Below are positions 1 to 10,379 of a DNA stretch of 64,000 nucleotides, in pieces. The DNA is from Hydrolagus colliei (Eukaryota): the NCBI GenBank assembly GCA_035084275.1, contig CM068761.1, forward strand, positions 8,556,001 through 8,620,000, in the 5' to 3' direction. The notes under the pieces are model-generated. The model saw only the letters and a list, made by a program, of their open reading frames with translations, did not search any database and was not told the DNA's origin. Each line of letters starts with the position of its first letter. The first letter of the stretch is position 1. Position numbers and translations under genes: made by a program.

Positions 1-279
1 TTTAACATAGTGGATATATAATCTCTTTAAGTAATTGTCAGTACTGGATCTGCTCAAGTAACGTTGGGGATTTGTTGTTAAAAAATGTGATTTTAAGTGA
101 AATACCGTATAGGGTAACCTAAATTACCATAGGCCCTAATGCTATCAACAGGGATTACGTGTCTTGAGTACATGTCTGGTTTTAATTTGCTTACGTTAAT
201 CTTAAATAAAGATAAAAAACAACACCACTAGTATTGAAAATAAAATGTTTAACATTTACTAAACACATCATTGGATAAT

Positions 280-1190
280 AGCAACAAAAGTACATTGATA
301 GGGCGCCTTTCATGTCAGGAGGATGTCCCAAGTCGCTGAACAGAGAGGTCAGGTCTCAATCAGTTATATGGGTGGTGGAGGGATGGAGAATAGGAAAGGG
401 AGGATTATTAGGCAGTGAGGAGAAGGCACGGTCAAAGAGCAAGATGTTGAGACCGACCTAAAAGGAGGAAAGGGAGGAAGGGAGGTGAATGGGTTTTGGA
501 ATGGGGTTCCAGAGTGTGGGGCAGAGTGGCTGAAAGCCGGGCCACTATGATAGGTCAGTTTCGGATGGGGGACATGGTGCAGGAAAGAGCCCGCTGAACA
601 GTAGGGATGGGTAGGCTGATAGGGAGTCAGTAGGGTGGAAAGATAGGCTGGGGCAAGGCCATGAATGCCCTTAAAGTGAGGATGAGGATCTGGAATTTAA
701 CTGTGTGGATGATGGGGAGCCAGTGAAGATGGGCGAGGTTGGGAGTGATGTGGTCGAGGAGCCTAATGCAGGAGAGTCCATGAGCTGCAGAGTTCTGAAT
801 AGTCTTCTGTAGTTGAGCCTATTTGTGATGAAAGAGTGGGTGAGTGTGTCAGCGGCATGGGGGATGGGGTAGTGGCGGAGTCAATCAATGTTGCGGAGTT
901 GTTGGAAGGCTGTACCGGTCATGGAGCGGATTTGTGGGTGGAAGGATACTTTGGGGTTGAACAAGACACCCAGATTCCTGACTGGCTTCAAGAGGTGGAG
1001 AGTGCACCCTTGACTGCCGATGTTGCCAGCACCTGAGCTGTGGAGGCTCTGACGTGAGCGAATCAGGATGGCCTCTGTCTTGTTGATGTTTATTTGGAGA
1101 AAGTTGTTCATTGTCGAGGATTAAATGATGGACACACATGCAGTCAGAATTGCATTAGTCCTGGAGTTGAGGGTGGAATCGGAAAGGTAG
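280..1190 (-). mobile_element. Degenerate L2-type LINE, 3' part (RT C-terminus plus tail)
   Basis: Minus-strand frames give L2 RT C-terminal motifs (FLQININKTEAILI, KPVRNLGVLFNPK). Paralogous to 30170-31070. Confidence 0.7.
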
Positions 1191-1469
1191 AGTTGGGTGT
1201 CTTCAGCATACATATTGGGAATATGCACTGAAACTCATCATCATTGCTGTGATTGGTTTGAAACTGGGATTGGTGGAAGCACGACCAATGCACAACGAAC
1301 GAGAAAGGAATTTAGATGAAATTTCAAAGAGTGAAGGCAGTGCAAGGCAAAGTGAAGGCAGTGCAAGGCAAACAATTTTCCCAAGGAGTATGGCCAAAAC
1401 ATGCTGAAGGCCTTTCCATCACTAGCAATTCGCACCCCCCCAAAAAAAATCCTGCGTACGGCCCTGACC

Positions 1470-2411
1470 CAAGACCTCTTTTAATTCAATAAATACCGGT
1501 GGGGAATCGACTAATCCAACATGTGAGGCGTCCTGTGCCCATATGTCGGGTGATACATAATCAAGAACATGGGTACCTGAGTGATGAATCAGAATAGATT
1601 CCTCCACTCCTTAAACCGCAAAATATTGAATGGAGACCCCGTGGCTGGGGAATTCCTGAATGTTTACGCAGTCTGAGTGAGCCAGTTGAATAGCCTCATA
1701 GACCATTGGGCCTAGTTCGCGAGCTTTATAGGGAGGGGTGGTAGTGATAGTAATATGGGGGCTTGTTGGACCTGTCTGTTTCCAAATATCCTGTGGAATT
1801 GAAACTATTAATGCAACTCCTTTAGTACTCCAAACTTTACCAATTATATATACTAGGTATGATTTACCCAAAAGGGGCTTGTAAAAGTCCTCAAGGGATG
1901 CTGAAGATCCCCCAGAATCATATGCCAATGTAACATGCGCCTTATGAGATTGTAGTTCCAAAGTCCACCATTGAGGGATATTTGTAAGGTACATCATAGG
2001 GGAGGGGGGTGGCAAGATAGAAATCTTCCCGTCATCACACATTAATGAAATGTTAAATGCACACATCAGATCCCTACGCATCAGATTACAACTCATTTGT
2101 TTTGATGATGTCATCACAAACGGATGGTACAGGGAATGGCCCTGCCATGTAACTTTAATGGGTCTAGAAATGGGACAGTTAGTACGTGACCATCCAAATC
2201 CAGCTAATTTTTCCGTACGATTAGATATTGGGATAGCAGGTTGCCTATGAAGGGTTGAGAATGTAGCACCCGAATCCACTAAAAATGGGACTGATTGTCC
2301 CTGTATGTCTAGGACCAGGGTTGGTTCCGATATTAATTTTTGCTCCCCCTCCCCGTGGTCTGGGAGCGGAGAACTTCATGATCCTGGGGAAAAATATTCG
2401 TTCGATTCGCA
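1470..2411 (-). pseudogene. pol: ERV pro-pol 5' part: aspartic protease, putative 2H phosphoesterase, RT N-terminus (truncated)
   Basis: EPTLVLDIQGQSVPFLVDSGA at 2327-2265; NLMRRDLM (GRD motif altered); HVT at 1937 and HIT at 1757; PDIWAQDASHVGLVDSPPVFIELK resembles a class I RT start. In-frame stops at 2376-2378 and 1611-1613. Confidence 0.85.
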
Positions 2412-4331
2412 CTAAGGACCCATTGGGTACTGTCCTGCTCCTTGAGGGTACTGTCCTGCTCCTTGAAGGTACTGTCCTGCTCCTTGAGGACCCTGTGTGG
2501 CGGACTGAGCGTGAGAACCATTATAATGCAAGGGACCAGTGTAACCTCCCCTTGGGACCCATGCCCCTTGTGGTCCCCCTCCTCCCCTTTGTGGACCTCC
2601 TCCTCCCCTTTGTGGACCCCCTCCATAGGAGCCCCCCGAATTGTATGGTTGGGGATAATACGGAGAATAGGAAGGGGGTTGCGGTGGGCCATATGGAACC
2701 TGTCCATAATGATCCTGTGACGGTATATAATTTGGGCATTCATTTTTCCAATGTCCGGGCTGATAACAATTAAAGCAGACCTGCGGTCCTTGAGTTCGAC
2801 TGCCTTTGCCTCTCCTGCTGTACCGACTCCTACCTCTAGTGCCGTTACCGTCCCGTTGTTCGCCATGGTACCCTTGAGGAAACGTAGGCGCGGGATCACC
2901 TATTACTGGAGCCTGAAAGAATTGCTCCTATTTTATCTTGATATTAGGGGCCCGTTCTTCCAAAATGTCCTTCCAGAAATGTTTTACAGCCCTATTAATA
3001 CCCGCCACCGGCAATGTGACCCAATCCAAATCTGTTCTTACCAATGAGGAAACCGAGGACGGCAAACAGTGCATTACAATAGAACAATACTGAGGGGACA
3101 CACCATCACCAGTAAATCCCTGCTCGCCTGAGTGTGTCGAATATACGTCCTTAAATCTATTGAGGAAGTCCTCAGCCGATTCTCCTTTCTTCGGCTTTTG
3201 GTCCAATATTTTACTTATATCAATGCGTTTTTGCAGACATGCAACCAGGGCTCCCCGTATAGCCACTTTTCTGGCTGGATCATCGTTGTTTATCTGGATT
3301 CGTAAGGCTTCGTGATTGTCATGTGCGATCGATTCTTTAAATTTTCTATATTGACCATTTCCCAAACTACTCTGGACAAGACTCCACATATCTCTACTAT
3401 TTCCCCCATACACTTGTTTGACAGACTCAATATGCTCTACGAACCGCGCCGGTTCGGTGTCCTTACTGGGTGCTCCCATTAATAATGACATCATTTCATG
3501 AGGCTTCCAAGGTGAATATACCTCAACTGTGGGATTCTGTCCTTGCTCAGCCTCTCGGGGGTTCGGGACTATCCGCATAGGAGCCATAAGTGGGCATGTC
3601 TCCTCGTCTGACTCGTTCTCCCTCTGATCCCCTTCCTCCACCCTGTCATCATGCTCTTTATTATTATTTTGGCGCTTTTTATCATGTGAACGAGTGCCCT
3701 CCGCCGGGCCCCCTGTATATCTAGTTATCTTTGATTTGGGTTCGACCAATGGGGCTATTGGGGCTGACGGAGATAGTGATTGTATAGTTGAAGGGGGAGC
3801 TACATACGGTGGAGGCACTTCGGGATATATTGGCCGGGGCTGCAGACCCCAGCCGGTCAGTGAATCATCACTGTCGGCACCATCTATGCTCATTTGTGTC
3901 AATTGTGCGCTAAGCATCCTACATTCTAACGCCTTCTGTTCTTCCACCTCTCTCTCTTTCTTCACACATACTTCTTCCCTCAATTTGTCCAGTGGTTTAC
4001 ACACCCCATCACGGGTAATACAAATACCATGTTTCTCCGCGGTGTTCTGCCAACTGGACAATATTTCTTTTGCCTGCTTCTTTTTACTTTCCTCTAACCA
4101 TATTCTCACAATTGGTCGACACTGTTTATATCTGTCTTTCTTCCATACTAACTCGTGTACTCTCGATAACACCGCTACATCATTAGAACCTCCCAGAGGC
4201 CATACAGTTTCTCCTAACTTATTATTTAATTGACCCGAAACTAAACGCAATTCTTTTTGATTCTCCGGCAATAGTTTACACATAGACGTGAGGGGACATG
4301 GCCCCTCAGTTTTATCCACAATATTACCCAT
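2412..4331 (-). pseudogene. gag: ERV Gag polyprotein (~639 codons) with one premature TAG at 2928-2930
   Basis: The ORF 4331-2928 continues in frame past the TAG into CFNCYQPGHWKNEC (CX2CX4HX4C, starting at 2777) and a G/P/Q/Y-rich tail ending at TAG 2414-2412. YPEVPPPY late domain. Confidence 0.9.
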
Positions 4332-4360
4332 ACTTTTTAAATTCTGATACTTTAATAATA

Positions 4361-4464
4361 AAAAATTACAACCTTATGCTTTAAACAAAAATTACAACCT
4401 GATGCTTTAAACAAAAATTACAACCTTATGCTTTAAACTAAAATTACAACCTTATGCTTTAAAC
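4361..4464. repeat. 4 x 26-bp tandem repeat in the ERV 5' leader
   Basis: Unit aaaaattacaaccttatgctttaaac at 4361, 4387, 4413 and 4439; no spacers. Confidence 0.95.
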
Positions 4465-4479
4465 TAAAACTCGTGCACT

Positions 4480-4620
4480 TTTTAACCTGCTGCACCCAGC
4501 TTGTACGCCTTTTTTATTCCGTCGACGGTCCTTACCCCAGTAAGTTTTTAAACCTGCTGCACCCAGCTTGTACGCCTTTTTTATCCCGTTAACGGTCCTT
4601 ACCTCAGTAAGTTTTTAACC
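4480..4620. repeat. 2 x 67-bp tandem repeat in the ERV 5' leader
   Basis: acctgctgcacccagcttgtacgcc recurs at 4485 and 4552. Confidence 0.9.
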
Positions 4621-4836
4621 GAATACACACCCGCCAACCTTTTCTTATCCCGATCTCATTAACGACTATCAGTTACGCATACGGTTGGTGCATCCCCGGA
4701 AGCCTATTACGCAGGTGAAAAACACTGAGAGTATTCAAAAATAGATGATATACTCACTGTGCTGCGCAATTTCACTTAGGCAAAAAAAAAAACAGGGATT
4801 GTCCCGCCGTCTACGCACTTTCTTAATTGTCACGAG

Positions 4837-4854
4837 ATCCCATCCTCGTCGCCA
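4837..4854 (-). other. Primer-binding site, tRNA-Ser(GCU)
   Basis: The + strand reads ATCCCATCCTCGTCGCCA, matching from memory the 3' 18 nt of vertebrate tRNA-Ser(GCT) including CCA; it lies 2 nt from the LTR end. Confidence 0.9.
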
Positions 4855-4856
4855 AA

Positions 4857-5493
4857 TGTGAAACTCCGATTCGTCTCAGTACCTTGGTTGGGGTTTCTGT
4901 TCACAAATATGTGACTCAGGTGTGTGATTCAAACAAGTTTATTCAGCATTCATGAAGCGGTGCACTAGGTTGCTACAGACTCTCGTCCGTCTACTACTAG
5001 TGCACACCAACTAGTAGTATACACACATCTTTATCCAGTTTAAATTCTTTGTCTACCATATATGGGCATGATTATACATTAATTACCTTATTTGGTCAGC
5101 AATATATGGCCTTGCAGTTGTTTTACAGAAACATCATGGCCTAGGAGTTAATGAGATATAGGCCAGCTGCATCTTACAACAAGATAAGCATACAGACATC
5201 ATGGCCTTGGAGTGAATGAGATATAGGCCGGCTACAGCTTACAAGTATAAGATAGCCTAAAAGCAAGATAAGATAACCAAGCCTAGAGCTTTACAATTAT
5301 ATCATAGCCTTGGTGTGCCTGCCAGACACCCTTATGGCCCCTGTTATTCGCATCTTTCTGTAACAGGCGCACAGGTGTCGGCTAGAGGTAAAATCAAAGC
5401 GTACGTACAGGTTTGCAAGTAACTATTATGCGTAGCATAGCAGACGAGCAAATAACCACTATTCGTACATGGCAGACGAGCTGACTTCTCACA
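4857..5493 (-). mobile_element. ERV 5' LTR (637 bp)
   Basis: Termini tgtga...tcaca; minus-strand AATAAA near 4938; internal U3-type direct repeat (acatcatggcc..atgagatataggcc) at ~5131 and ~5197; Ig intron sequence resumes at 5494. Confidence 0.85.
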
Positions 5494-5527
5494 GTGACTT
5501 GTTATCTGTGACTTGTTATTTCTCCAG

Positions 5528-5869
5528 GAACAACCGCAGCTGTTACCCTGACTCAGCCACCGTCCATCTCAACCTCCCCGGGAAACACCGTCAAGATCAC
5601 CTGTACCATGTCCGGAGGCAGCATCGGCAGCTACCACACGAGCTGGTACCAGCAGAAGCCTGGCAGCGCCCCTGTGTTTGTTTGGTATGAGAGCTCCACC
5701 AGAGGTCAGGGGATTCCTGATCGATTCACTGGTTCTGTGGACTCATCGAACATATATTTAACCATCAGCGGTGTGCAGCCGGAGGACGCCGCCGATTATT
5801 ACTGTGGTGCTAAACAAAGCGGCAGCAATCCCCTCATCTTTGGTAAAGGGACCAAGCTGAGTTTGAAAA
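5528..5869 (+). pseudogene. IGLV: Ig lambda/type II germline-joined VJ exon, cluster 1 (open frame; no leader or promoter)
   Basis: Acceptor tttctccag; [44 protein letters not shown]...[24 protein letters not shown]; donor gtaggt; no RSS between V and J. Confidence 0.92.
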
Positions 5870-7984
5870 GTAGGTGATCTTGTTTCAACATTGGATTATT
5901 ATTGTGATCTAATTCTCCTACAGTTTCCACAAAAATAACAAGAACAACGTTGCTCTTGTACAGAGCCTTTCAGGTCAGGAGGACGTCCAAAAATATTCGT
6001 ATGTTTGTCTGTATTCGATATTATTTCACAAGCTATCTGTGATATTCGCACCTGGTTAAAACCCTCGCAATGATAATGTGGAGATCGGAAGTTTTGAAGA
6101 ACCTAAAACACGCCAAACCTGATTTTAATTGAAAATCTGTGAAGAATTTCGACTAATAGTACAGCAAACTAACAAAGGTAAAAAGGTGGAGGCAGGAATG
6201 AAATTATCCAAGAGGAGATAATCGTGGTGATATTTATCTTTAACAGTCTGAAGGACTAAAGATGTCAGATTCACTGTAGCACCGCTTAGAGACCCTGGTA
6301 AAGAATGAGCTACACCAGGGAAAAGAGTTCACACTTCACACCTGAGATTGAAGTTAAATCTCTTTGTGCCAGATTATTTAATTTCTATTTTTACCTGTTA
6401 ACCTCTTTCCCCAGTTTTTCTCCCATCATAAGGAGATCAACAGTATGTTTCCATCTGGTGACTGTCGCTGTTGTATAATGGACCGATTGGTGAGCGGTTC
6501 AATCTCAGAGGGAATCGGATTCCATGAAAATAGTATTCGTCTGTGACTAATTAATCATTTTGAAAAATTAAACTTCTTTGAGAGTGAGGAACATTATATG
6601 TAACTGATAGATGGATGATAGAGTACAACTGTAGGGGACTTTGTTCTCAACATCATTACGCATTCAAATCTAAACCAATATTTTCAGAATAATTCTTATG
6701 TTGCCGTCTGCTCCATGTTATTGCCATAAACAGTTTTTGCATTTTAATATCTGTTTCATTCCAGAGTACTTTTCGAGTTTCTTCAAATATTTTAGTTTCT
6801 CCCCATTACACCCATTACAATACATTTCTATTTTACCATTTATTGCTCACATTTATCTTCAGATTTCCAATTTTACAAACGTATTATTTTCTCCCAATAC
6901 CGTGGTTGATGTCGCTAAGGGCAGCACCATCGGAGAGACTCAATAATACCATGATTGTCATCACAAGTTGTTGCAGTTGGTCAGATGGGAATCATCGTTC
7001 ATTGAAGACAGAGGCTGAGCCCCGGCTCAATCTGGTCAAAATACATTTTCTCTTTGAAAATTAACTTTATTATTTCCCTCAGGCATCATATTAAAGGGAT
7101 TCCGATTTGTGTGTTGTGATTTGTGTATTGTGATTTGTGTATTATGCGCTATTAATTATGAATTAAAATCAGCAAATACGGTGCCAAATAAATTATTGTG
7201 AAATTTGAAATTAATCGGAAGCCCCGCTCAGCAAAGAATCAAAGATTGGATTCTGATTGTGCTCCTGAAGTGTTTTTAAGTGTAGTTGATGAGAAGGAAA
7301 TCATTGATTTTATTCGTATGTTCAGGTTGTTACTCTCAATACAAACCCTATATGATTAATAATGATATTTCACTGTGCTTTCAATCAGCGGCTCCCGCCA
7401 CATACTCCTTGTGTCGCGATGTTTAGTGTCTGGTGTTATTTCTTATGATAGTTGGTATTCATTACTTCAACACAGGACAATTTGTACATGTGTTCACCAC
7501 TGCAAAAAACCATGTAATAAATTGGTCAGTTGAATCCACGAATTCTTGTGGGACAATGCTGTGCGCAATTCGCTGCCGTGTTTCGCCGAAATATGTACAG
7601 ACAATTCACTTCATGGTATATTTTGCGAACATTGAGACGCCGAGAAGACATCAAGAGCACTGTATCAAATGCGAGGATTATTATCATTATTACTGGTAAT
7701 CTCTCATCAGGAAACTATTGATGGTATAATAATGAATGGTGTGTGATGGTGTATGATGACCCCAACACCCATTCTTCCCTCTACATTGCTACACTTTGTC
7801 ACAATTGAAAAGTACCGTCTAAAACGCTGCACAAGAAAACGTTTTACCATTTACAGGAATGTGAAATACTGCATAGCGTTATTTATTGGTGATGCTGAAG
7901 TTTTGTCGTGCTATTGACCAATCGATTGTATATGATATTGGAAAAAAAAAAATTTAAACCTTTGTATCCACATTTTTGTTGCAG

Positions 7985-8307
7985 ACCGACGGGGCCCTTC
8001 GGTGACTATCCTTCCGCCGTCACCAGATCAAATCACAGCAAAGAGCAAGGCGACCCTGGTGTGTCTGGTGAATGATTTTACCCCGGGAGCTGTGGAGGTC
8101 AAGTGGACTGTGGATGGCAGTGCTAGAAGTGAAGGTGTTGAAACGAGTGCGATCAAGCAGGAGATGAACAATACGTACAGTGTGAGCAGTTATCTGACTC
8201 TGCCAGCCTCCGAGTGGGAGTCACACGAGCTGTATTCCTGTCTGGTCAAACACGAGGCTCGGGGGACTCCGCTCGAAAGAACCATCGCCAGATCTAGTTG
8301 TATCTAA
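7985..8307 (+). CDS. IGLC: Ig lambda constant exon, cluster 1 (intact frame, orphaned)
   Basis: Acceptor ttgttgcag; PSVTILPPSPDQITAKSKATLVCLV...YSCLVKHE...RSSCI*; AATAAA at 8612-8617. Confidence 0.93.
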
Positions 8308-9504
8308 ATTAGGAACATATAGAGTAACTTTGGCAATAACATTAAGAATAAGAATTCTGTTAATGATTGTTTGGAAATTAAAGTAATTTTGTCAGCAATG
8401 CCAAAATTGAGAAACAAATTCGATTAAATACCTCCGGTAAATTTCCAACGGATGGAAAGAATCTCTTAAAGTTATAAGTAGGGTATTACAATACGGCAAC
8501 AATAATTTGTCTGTTTGTTGGAATTCAACGGTTGTACTTTACAGTATGTTCACGCTGCAATAATTAAGCCCCCCCTGTGTAACATTACATGAATAAGAAA
8601 TACTATGTTTTAATAAAATGATTATTTCATTGCCCTATGTGCCATGGCTATTGTTCTTCATTTCTTCTTTTCATTTCATTATTATTTTATCTGAAACACG
8701 AATTTGATCTTATCAATTAAACATGCAAGCAGTACTTATATGCGTTTGAAATTTATGTAGTAGAATTTTGGAAACATCTTAATCTTGGTCGCTGCTGGGG
8801 AGCCTTTTCCCGTTGTTAAAAAGAACCATCCGTCAAAGTAAACTCAGCATCAATTAAAGTTAAAGTGAATTCAAGATATCGCACAATATTCAGTGTTAAC
8901 TCATGATTGTTGTTACAAGCTGAGCACGTGTGAAATGCTCTCCCCAACAATGCTATACATCCATCTTGGGTTTGGAAGATAACTCATTGAGATACTTTTG
9001 CCCCTTGCCCCTCCAGCCCGCCGTTCTCTATAGAACTAAATCAAAGTATTACTCAAGTGCTTCACTCGATCATTATGCTGAGCTTTTGTTTTGTCAAAAG
9101 GAGTGACAACCTATTGAAAGGTTATATGACCATCAGATGCAAATGAAACATCAAAATGTACCCACTCCAAAGAGCTCATTGTAGAGTTCCTCCCCTCCCC
9201 ACAACGTGGCCAGTGAGCTCCAAGCCTGCGGTTGAGTACCGTACCAACTTCCGCATTGCAGCCTTTTAACACCCGCAGGTGTCTCTGCAGTTTCCTTCAG
9301 TCGTTTAAGCTGCTGTCAGTTCTAGTCAATATGTTCACTTCATTGGAAAACATTAAATCGGTGCGATGTAACTATCAAATAGGACTGTTCTTTGTTGGTC
9401 GATATCAAAACAAGTTTAATGGTTGAAATGGAACTATAGTAAGAGGTAGCTGGACAACGACTTGTATGGAATATACCAATCGCAGCTGGTACTGATGTCA
9501 TCGA

Positions 9505-9687
9505 AACACAAAATACTACAGAAGCTGGGAATCTGAAACAGAAACAAAAGTTGCTGGGGGAGCTCAGCAGGTCAAACAGCATCCAAAACGTGGCTGTGGA
9601 AACGGGTTTTGGAGAACACACAATCAAACACAATCAAGCAAATTTCTTTTGGATACTGTTTGACCTGCTGAGTTTCCGCAGCATTTT
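9505..9687. mobile_element. ~184-bp short element with internal inverted repeat (copy in cluster 1 flank)
   Basis: ctcagcaggtcaaacagcatcc...ggatactgtttgacctgctgag; left target site tactgatgtcatcga; right copy partly deleted. Confidence 0.75.
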
Positions 9688-10379
9688 TACTGAATTGGGA
9701 GAATTCATTAGTTGGAAGACAATAGTATAATTGATTGAACCAATAAAAACAATAAAATGAATGATACACTGAGCACAACCGGCAGTGAGTGGACTATGTT
9801 CTCCATTCACGTAATATAGTTTGCTGCTCTCCTAGTTTAAGAATTTGCATTTGATAGTGTTTATGAATGGTTAACTCAACCGACCAGGTCGGAGATAGAC
9901 GTTTACACATTCCGACTCATGCGCTAATTTGTGAGTAAAAGCTGTAAGTGTTGATTGTACTTCATGGGGGAGGAGGATTTAAAAATGTTATATTGGTCAT
10001 CGTTCACCACCAGTTTATATTCTATTTGGGTGGGCCTAATGCCTGTAAACACATATTGATACGGCATAAACTTATGTTTAAATATAACGATACTTGGGAA
10101 ATCGCTTTGACATAGTGGAGGTATATCTCTTTAAGTAATTATCAGTACTGGATCTGCCCAAGTAACCTAGGGGATGTGTTCTTAAAAAATGTGATTTTAC
10201 AAGAAATACCATATAGTGAAACCTAAATTACCATAGGCCCCCATACTATCCACAGGAGTTAGGTTCCTTCAGTACATTTCTGGTTTAAATTTTCTTACAC
10301 TAATATTAAATAAAGATCAAAAGCAACACCGCTACTATTGAAAATAAAATAAACGTTTAATGAATATATACATAAGATA

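Larger units (their letters stand above)
1470..5493 (-). mobile_element. Endogenous retrovirus (class I, gamma/epsilon-like), 3'-truncated: 5' LTR, PBS, leader, gag, pro, 2H-like domain, start of RT
   Basis: TG..CA LTR, 18-nt tRNA-Ser PBS, myristoylation-type Gag start (MGNIVDK), PPPY late motif, single CCHC knuckle, DSG protease in the same frame as gag. Confidence 0.93.

Noticed and set aside
2285-3047. Plus-strand ORFs overlapping the gag 3' end as antisense viral genes
   Set aside because: Explained by the GC-rich 21-bp repeats; no motif support.
4361-4464. Direct repeats as a CRISPR array
   Set aside because: Contiguous repeats with no spacers, in a vertebrate ERV leader.
5490-5496. 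Perfect RSS heptamer CACAGTG just 5' of V in cluster 1
   Set aside because: Created by chance at the LTR end (tcaca) plus intron (gtg); no nonamer at 12 or 23 bp.
9490-9506. ctgatg...gaaac as a hammerhead ribozyme core
   Set aside because: CUGANGA is not matched, there is no stem II, and the motif straddles a TSD/element boundary.
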